In this document: one piece after another, positions 1-11,355 of the stretch | Layout: every line of letters begins with the position of its first letter | How positions within the stretch are numbered: position 1 is the stretch's first letter | Source: an uncultured Actinomycetota bacterium | GTDB lineage: Bacteria > Actinomycetota > Actinomycetes > Mycobacteriales > SCTD01 | NCBI GenBank assembly: GCA_963844295.1 | Contig: CAWJNR010000004.1 | Location: 281,306 to 345,305, forward strand | Length of the DNA: 64,000 nucleotides | Direction: 5' to 3' | Notes under the pieces: model-generated | The model's input: the letters and a program-made list of their open reading frames with translations, nothing else | What the model was told of the DNA's origin: nothing | Databases searched by the model: none | Made by a program: the position numbers and the translations under genes

Positions 1-889
1 TGCAGGAGCACACCGGGCAGGACCCGCGCGACGCCGAGGTGCTGGTCGGCACCTCCGCCGGCTCGGTGCTCGCCGCCTTCCTGGGCTGCGGCATCGGCGT
101 CGACGTGCTGCTGGACCACCAGCGCGGCATCGTCAACCCCGACGGCGCCCGAGATCGCGTACGACCCCGACACCGACTCCGGCGGCGCCCTGCCGCCGCT
201 GCCGCGCCCCGGGATCGGCTCGGCCCGCGGCGTGCTGAGCACCGTCCGGCGGCCGTGGCGGGTGACGCCGATGGGGGCGCTGTCGGCCGTGCTGCCCCAG
301 GGCCGCGGCTCGCTCGAGCCGGTCGGCGACGCTGGTCGACGCCGTCTGCCCGAAGGGCGCCTGGGCCGCTCACCCGCAGACGTGGATCGTCGCCATGGAC
401 TACGACACCGGGCGCCGGGTGGCCTTCGGCCGCGGCGGCCGCACCGCACGCGTCGCTGCGCAGACGCCGTCATGGCGTCCTGCGCGATCCCCGGCTGGTA
501 CGCCCCCGTGCGCATCGGCGGCCGCCGCTACGTCGACGGCGGCGCCTGCTCGCCGACGTCGGTCGACCTGGTCCTGCCGCTGGAGCTGGACGAGGTGGTC
601 GTGCTCTCGCCGATGACCTCGCTCGACTACGACCGGCCGACGACCGCGGCGGGCAGGCTCGAGCGGCGGTTCCGCCGGCTGGTCACCAAGCGCCTGGTCG
701 GCCGAGGTCAAGAAGGTCGCCGCGACGGGCACCAAGGTCACGCTGCTCGGTCCCGGCGCCGAGGACCTCGACGTCATCGGCGCCAACCTCATGGACCCGC
801 GCCGCCGCGAGCAGGTGCTCGAGACCTCGCTGCGCACCTCCGCCGCCGCCCTGCGCACGCTCACGCCGCGCTACGCCGCGACGGGCTGA
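1..889 (+). pseudogene. patatin-like phospholipase; 5-prime end lies outside the window and the reading frame is disrupted
   Basis: G-x-S-x-G nucleophile elbow VGTSAGSVLAAFLG in frame 3. MDYDTGRRVAFG in frame 2. ASCAIPGWYAPV...RYVDGGACSPTSVDL (catalytic D-G-G) in frame 1. C-terminal AEVKKVAATGTKVTLLGPGAEDLDVIGANLMDPRRRE in frame 2, with stop at 887-889. The frame has to switch near 160, 340, 450 and 700. Confidence 0.7.
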
Positions 890-898
890 CGCGCGGCC

Positions 899-1405
899 GT
901 GCGCGTCTACCTGCCGTCGACCCTGTCCGGCCTGCGCGCCCTGCTCGACGCGGGCGAGCTCGGCGCCGCCGCCGCTGCCCGGCTACGCCGTCACCGGGGC
1001 GCTGCGGGAGTGGTACGCCGAGGGCGACGAGGAGGAGCTGGAGTACGCCGCGATGACGCCTCGCCGCGCGGGCCACCGTGCGGCTGCTCGACCGGGGGCT
1101 GCTGCTGGAGCCCGGTCTGGCCGCCCGCCGCGTGGTCGTCGTGGCGGAGGTCGCCGCGGCCGAGCCCGCTCCCGACGTCGACCGCGCGGCCGTGCGGGTG
1201 CTCGACGCCGGTGCCGCTGCGGCTGGTGCAGGCCGTGCACGTCGACGACGCCGACGCCGAGCCCGACGTGCGTGCGGCCGCCGAGGCGCTGGTGGAGGCC
1301 GACCTCGGGAGCGAGGACGCCGCCTTCGTCGTCGAGCAGGCCGAGGGCCACGAGCTGCAGTGGTACGCCACCCAGGAGATCGGGCCGCTGCTCGAGCTGG
1401 GCTGA
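899..1405 (+). pseudogene. conserved hypothetical protein with an internally disrupted frame
   Basis: The two ends read well in frame 2 (MRVYLPSTLSGLRALLDAGELG ... VPLRLVQAVHVDDADAEPDV...HELQWYATQEIGPLLELG). The middle is only protein-like in frame 3 (PGYAVTGALREWYAEGDEEELEYAA) and frame 1 (RRVVVVAEVAAAEPAPDVDRAAVRVLDAG). This implies three same-direction shifts near 975, 1075 and 1210 that restore the frame overall. Confidence 0.5.
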
Positions 1406-1440
1406 GCGGGCTGCTCCTGAGCGGGCTGCTCCGGAGCTGC

Positions 1441-2163
1441 CTACTCGCCGCAGGGCTCCCCTGCGACGACGGAGGTCACGGTGCCGTCGTCCTCCGCGGA
1501 CGTGAGCGTGCCGTAGAACCCGGACGACTGGTCCTGCAGGCGGAACGACGGAGCGACGATCTCGTCGCCGGGCTGCACGTCCAGCTCGACGCCGGTCGTC
1601 CCCGCCCGCAGGTCGGCCACCGTCGCGCCGACGGCCAGGTCGTGCGTCGTCACGTCACCGACGAGGGCGCGCGCCGGGGGGACGGCCGACGGGTCGCCCC
1701 GCTCGGTCAGCGCCCAGGAGAACATCCGGAGCTCGGGGTCGGAGGCGTCGCCGAACAGCAGCACGAGCGCGCCGTCGCCGTACTCCAGCGCGCGCACGGT
1801 GGCGCCCGGGCAGACGCCGTACGCGCCGGCGCTCGGGCCCGGGCCGCTGTCGGTGGTCGGGGGCCCGAGGGCGTCGCGCAGCGCCGTCTGCGCGGCCTCG
1901 AACGGCGCACCGAACTCCAGCAGCACTCCCGGCAGGTCGACGCCGTCGCCGGTGAGCCGGACGTCGGCGGCGCTCGTCGTCGCGGCCGCCGACGGGGCAG
2001 CCGTCGCGTCGTCGGCGGGACCGGCGGGGTCTGCCGAGGGGGCCGCGGCGGTGCTGCGCGCGGCCGGCTCGAGGTCCGCCGGCGGGTCATCGCTCCCGCA
2101 CCCGGCCAGCGCCGAGCCCAGGAGCAGGGCGGCCAGCGCCGCGGAGGTGCGCACGGGCCGCAC
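1441..2163 (-). CDS. secreted lipoprotein, unknown function
   Basis: GTG start gives VRPVRTSAALAALLLGSALAGCGSDD, i.e. a signal peptide with lipobox L-A-G-C. High GC3 throughout. A Pro/Ala-rich linker is followed by a globular domain. Confidence 0.7.
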   Translation of the reverse strand: MRPVRTSAALAALLLGSALAGCGSDDPPADLEPAARSTAAAPSADPAGPADDATAAPSAAATTSAADVRLTGDGVDLPGVLLEFGAPFEAAQTALRDALGPPTTDSGPGPSAGAYGVCPGATVRALEYGDGALVLLFGDASDPELRMFSWALTERGDPSAVPPARALVGDVTTHDLAVGATVADLRAGTTGVELDVQPGDEIVAPSFRLQDQSSGFYGTLTSAEDDGTVTSVVAGEPCGE

Positions 2164-2191
2164 GCTAGCCCTCCCGTGACACTCTGACGGG

Positions 2192-3823
<1,632 letters not shown>

Positions 3824-3835
3824 GCGGGCGGCGGG

Positions 3836-4039
3836 CTACCGCCCGGTCTTGTCCTTCAGCTCCTCGATCTTCTGCGAGGCCTCGGCCTTGGTGAGCTCGG
3901 TCGTCTCGACCTGCTCGCCGGCCTGCTGCGCCAGCGTCGAGAGGTAGCTCTGCTGCGGGCCGGTCACCGGCTCGTCGCCGGTCACCCAGTCGCTGGGGTC
4001 CTTCTCGGCGGGCTGGGTCACGGCGTCGTGGTCGACCAT
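3836..4039 (-). CDS. DUF3072 domain-containing protein
   Basis: 67-aa ORF with DPSDWVTGDEPVTGPQQSYLSTLAQQAGE...LTKAEASQKIEELKDKTGR, the characteristic DUF3072 pattern. Confidence 0.75.
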   Translation of the reverse strand: MVDHDAVTQPAEKDPSDWVTGDEPVTGPQQSYLSTLAQQAGEQVETTELTKAEASQKIEELKDKTGR

Positions 4040-4092
4040 GGGGCTGTCCTCTCGAGGGGTTCGAACTGCTGTTCGACCCGTCTACCCGGTCC

Positions 4093-4527
4093 TCAGCCGA
4101 GCCACACCCGCTGGTCGGCCTGGCGCAGCCGGCGGGCCAGGCTGACCATGATCTTGTGCGCCAGCACCGGCACCTCCTCCAGCAGCGGCCGGAACCGGCG
4201 CGAGTCGATGAGCAGCAGCTCGCAGTCGGTCGTGGCGGTCACCGTCGCGTCGCGCGGCGCCGGGTCGATGATGGCGAGCTCGCCGAACCACTGGCCCTCG
4301 CGCAGGACGTTCACCTCCTGACCGCCGGCCACGACGGAGACCTCGCCGGACAGCAGCACGAAGAACTCGCGACCGATCTCGCCCTCCTTGACCAGGACGG
4401 TGCCCGCCGTGACCTCGACGGTGTCGGCCGAGCGGCCGAGAACCTGCAGGTCGTCGCGGGACAGCGCCCGGAACACCGACACCTCGCCCAGTCGCTCGAG
4501 GTGCTCGTCCTTGCCCTTGGCTGCCAC
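4093..4527 (-). CDS. single-domain cyclic-nucleotide-binding (Crp/cNMP-binding fold) protein
   Basis: GTG at 4527 preceded by AAGGAG. 144 aa with FRALSRDDLQVLG...GEIGREFFVLLSGEV...WFGELAIID..PRDATVTA, typical of the cNMP-binding beta-barrel. The 510-aa ORF in the track is an upstream antisense extension. Confidence 0.8.
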   Translation of the reverse strand: MAAKGKDEHLERLGEVSVFRALSRDDLQVLGRSADTVEVTAGTVLVKEGEIGREFFVLLSGEVSVVAGGQEVNVLREGQWFGELAIIDPAPRDATVTATTDCELLLIDSRRFRPLLEEVPVLAHKIMVSLARRLRQADQRVWLG

Positions 4528-4618
4528 GGGTGCTCCTTCGTCGTCCGGGTGAGGCGGACCACGACCGTGGTCCACCGCTGTCGCGTCGTCAAACCGCGGG
4601 CGCCGGGGTAGTGCTTCC

Positions 4619-4649
4619 CCGCCCCTGACCCGCCCCCGCCCCTGACCCG
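4619..4649 (+). repeat. tandem direct repeat CCGCCCCTGACCCG x2 (17-nt period) in the 5-prime leader of the metallopeptidase gene
   Basis: Read directly: copies at 4619-4632 and 4636-4649, immediately upstream of the GAGGAG RBS and the GTG at 4660. Confidence 0.8.
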
Positions 4650-4659
4650 AGGAGCGCCC

Positions 4660-5523
4660 GTGCGCCCACGCCTGCTGCCCGCCCTCGTCGGCGCCGTCCT
4701 GCTCGTGTCCGGCTGCGGGCTGCTGCCCGGTGACAGCGACGGCACCCCGCGGGAGCGCTTCGGCCAGGCGGTGGCGCAGGCCCGCGAGGCCATCGAGGCC
4801 GAGGTGGAGCGCGCGGTCGAGCAGGCCCGCGAGCGGCAGGGCGCGCAGACCGGCGACGTGCAGAGCGCGGACGACCCCGGCGTCGACGCGATCCGCACCG
4901 ACACCAACACCGCGTTCGAGTACGACACCTACACCGACACGCTGCAGCAGGTCATCGCCTCGCTGCAGGAGTACTGGGCGCAGGCGCTGCCGGCCGAGCT
5001 CGGGGTCGAGTACTCCGCCCCCAGCCGCTACTCCTACTACCGCGGCGAGGAGGGCGGCCCGCGCTGCGGGTCGGAGGCCGCGCCGCCGAAGAACGCGTTC
5101 TACTGCCCCGCGGGCGACTTCATCGCCTGGGACGAGACCGGCCTGATGATCCCGTACTACGTGCAGGCGGGGGACTTCGCCGCGGCGTTCGTCCTCGCGC
5201 ACGAGTTCGGCCACGCGATGCAGCAGCGGCTGCCGCGGCGGGAGCGGCTCGGCGTGCTGAACGAGCTGCAGGCCGACTGCTTCGCCGGCTCGTGGTCCCG
5301 CCACGTGCAGGAGCAGGGGCTGCTCTCGGCCGGCGACCTCGACGAGGCGACCCTGGCCGTCTTCTCCGCCCGGGACGTGCCGGGCACGTCCTTCACCGAC
5401 CCCCGCGCGCACGGCAGCGGCTTCGAGCGCACCCGCGCCTTCGCCGACGGCTACGAGGGCGGGCCCGGTGCCTGCTACCCGGCACCGGAGCAGGACTGGG
5501 TCGTCGGTGCGACCTCGCGCTGA
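4660..5523 (+). CDS. neutral zinc metallopeptidase lipoprotein (YpfJ-like)
   Basis: Signal peptide with lipobox LLVSGCG. HEFGH zinc motif within FVLAHEFGHAMQQ. ELQADCFAGSW and AHGSGFERTRAF are typical of the putative neutral zinc metallopeptidase family. Confidence 0.85.
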   Translation: MRPRLLPALVGAVLLVSGCGLLPGDSDGTPRERFGQAVAQAREAIEAEVERAVEQARERQGAQTGDVQSADDPGVDAIRTDTNTAFEYDTYTDTLQQVIASLQEYWAQALPAELGVEYSAPSRYSYYRGEEGGPRCGSEAAPPKNAFYCPAGDFIAWDETGLMIPYYVQAGDFAAAFVLAHEFGHAMQQRLPRRERLGVLNELQADCFAGSWSRHVQEQGLLSAGDLDEATLAVFSARDVPGTSFTDPRAHGSGFERTRAFADGYEGGPGACYPAPEQDWVVGATSR

Positions 5524-5578
5524 TCGGCCGGCCGCGCCCTGGGCCAGGCCGGGTGCCTGGCGCAACCGCAGCCGGCTC

Positions 5579-6433
5579 GTGCGGTGGTCGCGGCTGTGGC
5601 GCACCCGGCGACCGGAGACCTTCACCGAGAAGGTCCGCTACAAGATGCTGCGCGACCGGCGTGCGCTCCAGGTCGTCTTCGCCGACAAGGCCGCCATGCG
5701 CGCCCACGTGGCGCAGCTCGTGGGCGCGCAGCACCTGCCCGCGCTCGTGGCGCTGCTGGACGACCCGGCTGAGCTGGCCGCGCTGGCCCTGCCGCGCGAG
5801 TACGTCGTCAAGCCGACGCACGGCAGCGGGGCCTGCGTGGTCGTGTCGGACGCGGCACCGGCGGGGGAGCGGCTGCCGACGCCGGAGCACGGCTGGGTCT
5901 ACGCCCACGTGCGGCCCGAGCACGCCGACCCGCAGCAGCTCGCGGAGATCGCGAGCGGCTGGTGCGGCAAGCGCTACGGCCGCGGGCCGAACCACGAGTG
6001 GGCGTACGGGCAGGTGCGGGCGCGGGTCCTGGTGGAGGAGCTGCTGGCAGGACCCGACGGCGGGCTGCCGCACGACCTCAAGCTGTTCGTGCTGTCCGGG
6101 CGGGTGCACTTCGCGCAGCTGGACGCCGACCGCTTCGGCACCCACGTCCAGGACTTCTTCGACCGCGACTGGCAGCCGCTGGCGATGACCGGCGGTCACC
6201 CGCGCAGCGCCGTGCCACCGCCGCGGCCGGTGCGGTACGAGGAGGCGGTCGTCCTGGCCGAGCGGCTCGGGGTCGGCACCGACTTCGTGCGGGTGGACCT
6301 GTTCTGCCTGCCCGACCGGGTGGTCGTGGGTGAGCTGACCAGCAGCCCGGCCGGCGGGGACAGCCCGTTCGACCCGCCCTCGTGGGACGCGGTCTTCGGG
6401 GCGCCGTGGACGGTGCCGCGCCGCTACCGCTGA
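5579..6433 (+). CDS. ATP-grasp fold amidoligase family protein (TupA-like)
   Basis: PETFTEKVRYKMLRDRR..VFADKAAMRAHV, YVVKPTHGSGACVVV, HDLKLFVLSGRV and FVRVDLF motifs. The ORF opens at 5468; I chose the in-frame GTG at 5579, so the start is uncertain. Confidence 0.75.
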   Translation: MRWSRLWRTRRPETFTEKVRYKMLRDRRALQVVFADKAAMRAHVAQLVGAQHLPALVALLDDPAELAALALPREYVVKPTHGSGACVVVSDAAPAGERLPTPEHGWVYAHVRPEHADPQQLAEIASGWCGKRYGRGPNHEWAYGQVRARVLVEELLAGPDGGLPHDLKLFVLSGRVHFAQLDADRFGTHVQDFFDRDWQPLAMTGGHPRSAVPPPRPVRYEEAVVLAERLGVGTDFVRVDLFCLPDRVVVGELTSSPAGGDSPFDPPSWDAVFGAPWTVPRRYR

Positions 6434-9400
6434 GCGAGCTGCAGGGGTTCGACCCGCCCCCGCCGCACGAGCAGCCCCCGGCCCGGCACGACCTCGCCGC
6501 CCGTCGTGCGGGACAGCCGCACCCCCAGCAGGTCCCCGTCGCCGGCGGACTGCGGCGACAGCAGCAGCCCGGTGCGCGCCTTGCGCAGGTCGACCACGAA
6601 GCCGCGGTAGCCGGTGACCAGCTCCTCGGTCGTCCCGGCGGCGACGACGACGGTCCCGGCGTCGCGCGCCTCCCGCACAGCCTTCTCGAGGACGTGCGAC
6701 AGGCCGCTGTCGACGAGCAGCTCGGCGTCGTCGACCAGCAGCAGGCACCGCCCGTCCCCCACCTGCGCCTGCAGCTCGGCGGAGGCGTCGCGGGAGGTCA
6801 CGCAGCCGGGCAGCGCGCGCAGCGGGCTGGGGCGCGGGGCGACGGCGACGACCCGCAGGCCGCTGCGGGCCAGGCCGGCGGCGACGGTCAGCAGCGCGCC
6901 GCTGCGGCCGGAGCCGGCCGGTCCGCCGACCAGGAAGCCGGGCAGCGCGTCGGCCAGGTCGACCTCGACCGGGTCGAGCTCGTCGCCGCCGACGCCCAGC
7001 ACGACGCCGAGCGGCGCGGCCGCGGGCGGCAGGTCGGCCGCCCGCACGAGGGTCGGCAGCAGCTCGACGCGGCGCGGGCGGTGCAGGACCGGCGCGGGGG
7101 TGCGGGCGGCGTGCGCCGCGACCGCCGCAGCCTGCGCCGGGCCGGTCGGGTCGGGGGCGAGCAGCGCCACCTGCGCGACCAGGGGCGCGCCCGTCATCGA
7201 CCAGCCGCGTCCGGCCGGCAGGTGCTCGGGCACCAGCCGGCTGGGCAGGCCGGCGGCCGGGTAGTCGCCGCGGTCGGCCATGCGCAGCAGCAGCGTGTCC
7301 TCCACCATCGAGGAGATGCGCCCGACCAGCCCGCTGCGGTCGGCGCTGAGCGCGACGTGCAGCCCGACCGCCGGCCCCTCGCGGAGCAGCCGGTAGCAGA
7401 GCTCCACCAGGCGTCCGGCGTCGACGTCCTGGAAGGCGGTGAGGAAGGCCTCCCACCGGTCGAGCAGCAGGACCAGGTGGGGCAGCCGGTCGGCGGGCAT
7501 CGCGGCGGCGCGCTGCTCGGCGAGGTCCGCCAGCCCGGTCTCGGACAGCAGCGCCTGGCGGCGGCCGACCTCCGCGGCCAGCCACGTGAGCAGCCGGTCC
7601 ACCCGCTCCGGCTGGTCGCGCGCGACGACGGCGCCGGCGTGCGGGAGTGCGGCCAGCGGGCCGAGACCGCCGCCGCCGGGGTCGATCGCGTAGAGGTGCA
7701 GGTCGTCCGGGGAGGACGCAGTGGCGAGCGCGACCGCCAGGGTGCGGAGTGCCGTCGTCCGGCCCGACCGGGGTGAGCCGAGCACCATGAGGTGGGTCGA
7801 CCGGTCGAGGTCGAGCACCAGCGGACGCCGGGCCTGCTCGCCCGGCACGTCCACGACGCCGTACGCCGCGGGCGGCACCCGGCCGGGCGTGCCTGCCAGC
7901 GGGTCCTCCACCGGCGGCAGGTCGGCCGTGACGACGAGGGAGGGCAGCGGGGGGAGCCACGGCGAGCGCTGCGGCGGCAGGCCGAGACGGGCAGCCGCGC
8001 CGACGCAGGCGTCGACCAGCAGGGACAGGTCGGTGACGTCCTGGTCGCCCTCGGCGCCGGGCTGCAGGCGGGGCAGCGGGTCGCCCAGCTCGGCGGCGGG
8101 CAGCAGCTCCACCACCGGTTCCGCGTCGCGCGCGACGACCGAGGGCCGCCGTCCGCCGACCCGGCCGGCCTGGAAGGCGGTGAGGTCGGCGTGGCCGGTG
8201 CGGGCGTACGCGCGGCCTGGCGTGGTCCGGCTGATGGTCGCGGCCAGCGGGGAGTCGAGGACGTCGCGCGACTCGGCGTCGCGGGTGACCGCCAGGCACA
8301 GCCGCAGGTTGGTGTTGGCGCGGATGTCGGCCGAGACGACGCCCTCGGGGCGCTGCGTCGCGAGCACGAGGTGGACGCCCAGCGACCGGCCGCGCATGGC
8401 GATGCCGACCAGGCCGCCGACGAAGTCCGGGAGCTCCTCGACCAGCGAGGCGAACTCGTCGACCACGATCACCAGGCGCGGCAGCGGTGCGCGGGGGCCG
8501 CCCGGGGTGCCGACGAGGCGGCGGTGGTCCTCGACGTCCTTGGCGCCCACCTGCTGCAGCACCGCCTCGCGGCGCGAGAGCTCCGCGCCGAGGGACGCGA
8601 GCGCGCGCTCGACCAGCGTCCCGTCCAGGTCGGTCACCAGGCCCACGGTGTGCGGCAGGCGCTCGCAGGGGCCGAACGCCGCGCCGCCCTTGTAGTCGAC
8701 CAGCACGAAGGTCAGCTCGTCCGGCCGGTTCGTCAGCGCCAGCGAGGCGAGCAGCGTCTGCAGCAGCTCGCTCTTGCCCGATCCGGTCGTGCCGGCGACC
8801 AGCGCGTGCGGACCGTCGCGGGACAGGTCGACGGCGAAGGCGCCGTCCGGTCCCCGGCCGAGGACGGCGGTGGTCGAGCGGCCGGGGGAGGCCCAGCGCT
8901 CCACGACCGCCGCCGCGTCGTCGCTGCTCCCGGTCAGCGGCAGCTCGACGACCTCGGTCCACCGGAGGGAGGCGGGCAGCCCCTCCTCGCCGCCGCGGTC
9001 ACGGCTGTCGTCGCGCAGCGGCGCCAGCGCCCGGGCGACCGCGGCGGCCCAGGAGCGCGGGGCGAGGTCGGCGGTGGCCCCGCTCAGGTCCGGGCGTCCG
9101 GTGACCCTGACCTGCAGCCGACCGCCCGGCCCGGTCAGCACGGCGGTCGCGCCGCACTCCTCCGGGAGCAGCCGCGGGTCGTGGTCGAGGCACACGGCGT
9201 GGACGCCCACGGCCGGTCCGTCCGCGGAGCAGGGCCGCCAGCCCGGGGACCGTGCGCAGCGCCCGGGCGCCGTCGACGACGACGAGGACCGGCTTGTCGT
9301 CGGTGCGGGCGCTGCGGCTCAGGCCGGTGCGCTCGGCCCGGCGGGCCTCGACGAGCGCCGGTGAGCTCGCCGACGCGCAGCGCCGCCTGCGCCGGGCCGA

Positions 9401-10742
9401 GCCCGAGCAGGGCGCGGCAGTCCTGCCCGGCGTCCGGCCGGGTGTGCGGCAGCCAGCCGGCCCAGTCCCAGGCCGCCGCCGCAGCGGGCTCGGCCAGGAC
9501 CACGAGCGACAGGTCGCGCGGGCTGTGCAGGACGGCGGCCTGGCCGACGACGAAGCGCGCCAGCGCCTGCACGGACCGGCGCTCACCGGCGATGCCGAGC
9601 ACGCCGGCCTCGCGCAGCGGGACGACGACCGGCACGGAGCGCGCTGTCGCCAGCCCCCTCTGCGAGGTCGCCCTCGGCCTCCACCCGGGCCGGCTGGTCG
9701 GCCAGCCCGAGCCGCAGGTCGAGCAGGTCGTCGTCGCCGCGGCGGCGCTCCCACAGCCGCGGCAGCGGCCCCAGCGCGGTGAGGAGCAGCTCGGCGGCGT
9801 CGGGGGCCTGCTCGCGCCGGGCCGCCTCGTCGGCCCGGACGGCGTCGAGCAGGGTGTGCTCCGCGACGTCGCGCTGCGCCCGCCACAGCGCCCGGTCCCG
9901 GCGGCTGCGGCGCCGCCCGCTCCGGCGCTCGGTGACCAGGTTGCCCAGCACCACCACCGGCGAGAGCAGCGTGAACAGCAGGAACGTCGTGCTCCCGGTG
10001 ATCTGCCACATCGCGACGCCGAGCACCAGCGGTGCGACCAGCGCGATCACCGGCACCGGGCTGCGCTCGCGCTCGGCCAGTGGCGCGGGCACCACCACCT
10101 GCACCAGGGGCGCCGGCGGCCGCAGGCGGGGCGGCCGGTTGAAGGCCAGCCGGCCCTCGGCCTCGGGCGCCAGGGGTGCCGGGCGGTCCGGCTGGGCGGG
10201 ACAGGACGAGCGAGGAGCCGCCCACCCGCAGGACGGCCCCCAGCGGGAGGGCGACCGGATCGGGCACGCGACCGGAACGCCGTCGACGGTGGTGCCGTTC
10301 GTCGAGCCGAGGTCGACGACCTCCGCACCGTCGTGGGTCAGCCGCAGCCGGCAGTGCGCGCGGCTGACGTCGGGGTCCTCCAGGCGCACCCCCGCGCCGG
10401 CGTCCCGGCCGACGACGACCTCGCCGGGAGACAGCCGGTGCACCCCTCCGGCGTCGGGACCGCCGACGACCCGGAGCTCGACCAGCCCGTCGAGGGCAGG
10501 CGGGGTGGTGGCGGCGTCGACCTGCAGCAGGGCTCCCTGGACGAGCGGAGGCAGTCCGAGCAGGGCTGAGGGTGGCGAGCGCCGTGCCGCCGGTCGACAG
10601 CTGCCCGACCGCACCGGCGGGCAGCACGGCTCCGAGGAGCTGAGCGGCCGACGTCGGCCAGGCAGGCTCCGTCGGGGGAGCGCACGACGACGTCGGTCCG
10701 GGCGCCGGTGGCGGGCACCAGCAGGCCCAGGCCGAGCTCCAC
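6424..10742 (-). pseudogene. FHA-domain / FtsK-SpoIIIE family triple-ATPase (EccC/EssC-like), frame-disrupted
   Basis: N-terminal FHA (VVGRDAGAGVRLEDPDVSRAHCRL..DLGSTNGTTVDG). Two TM helices (PVIALVAPLVLGVAMWQITGSTTFLLFTLLSPVVVLG). Three P-loops (GTTGSGKSELLQT, GSPRSGRTTAL, GPAGSGRSGAL). The pieces lie in different frames, with shifts near 10650, 10570, 10268, 10200, 9645, 9360 and 9225. Confidence 0.8.
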
Positions 10743-10824
10743 GTGCTGCTGCCCCTCCGCCGTCGGAGGAGCCGGTCTACCAGGTCGCCGGGGACCTGGC
10801 CGCCACTGTCCACAGCCCGTGAGG

Positions 10825-11295
10825 TCAGCCCCCGGACCGCCCCGGCGGCATGTCGTAGGTGACCCACGGCGTGCGCACGGCGACCTGGTCGTACTTGCCG
10901 CGGGCGCGGTAGTTGTCGTCCGCAGTGATCCACCGGACGACGCTCCAGCCGCGCTCGGCGGCGAGGTCCTGCAGCGCGCCCAGCAGCGCGTCGACCGCAC
11001 CGGAGCCGCGGGCCAGCTCGTCGACGTGCAGGTCGTCGAGGAACCCGCCGACCGTGGAGGACAGCGGCCGGGCGAAGGGCCGCACGTGCGCCAGGCCGAC
11101 CGGCCGGTCGTCAGCGCCGACCACGACGAGGCCCTGCACCTCGTGCGCAGGGTCCATCAGCCAGCCCCAGGTGCGCTCGGCCTGCTCGTCGGTCTGCGCG
11201 ACCCGGTAGAAGGCGGCGTACGCGGCGTAGAGCTCGCGCCAGCGGTCGTGGTCGTCGGCGGTGACCGGACGGACCCGCCAGCGCTGCTCTTCCAC
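10825..11295 (-). CDS. GNAT family N-acetyltransferase
   Basis: 156-aa intact ORF. VGGFLDDLHVDELARGSGAVDALL matches acetyl-CoA binding motif A (R/Q-x-x-G-x-G/A). Confidence 0.8.
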   Translation of the reverse strand: MEEQRWRVRPVTADDHDRWRELYAAYAAFYRVAQTDEQAERTWGWLMDPAHEVQGLVVVGADDRPVGLAHVRPFARPLSSTVGGFLDDLHVDELARGSGAVDALLGALQDLAAERGWSVVRWITADDNYRARGKYDQVAVRTPWVTYDMPPGRSGG

Positions 11296-11355
11296 GCGGC
11301 CACGCTACGGGAGCCCCCACGGCCTGCGTACGTTGTCGGCCTGGAGGTGGAGCCC

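Noticed and set aside
5393-10569. Very long ORFs 5393..8962 (-, 1189 aa) and 7792..10569 (+, 925 aa), plus several 200-450 aa ORFs overlapping the FtsK-like gene.
   Set aside because: Their translations are Arg/Pro/Gly/Ala-rich low-complexity strings with no motifs. They lie antisense or out of frame to sequence with clear FHA and P-loop motifs. These are typical stop-poor shadow frames of very GC-rich DNA.
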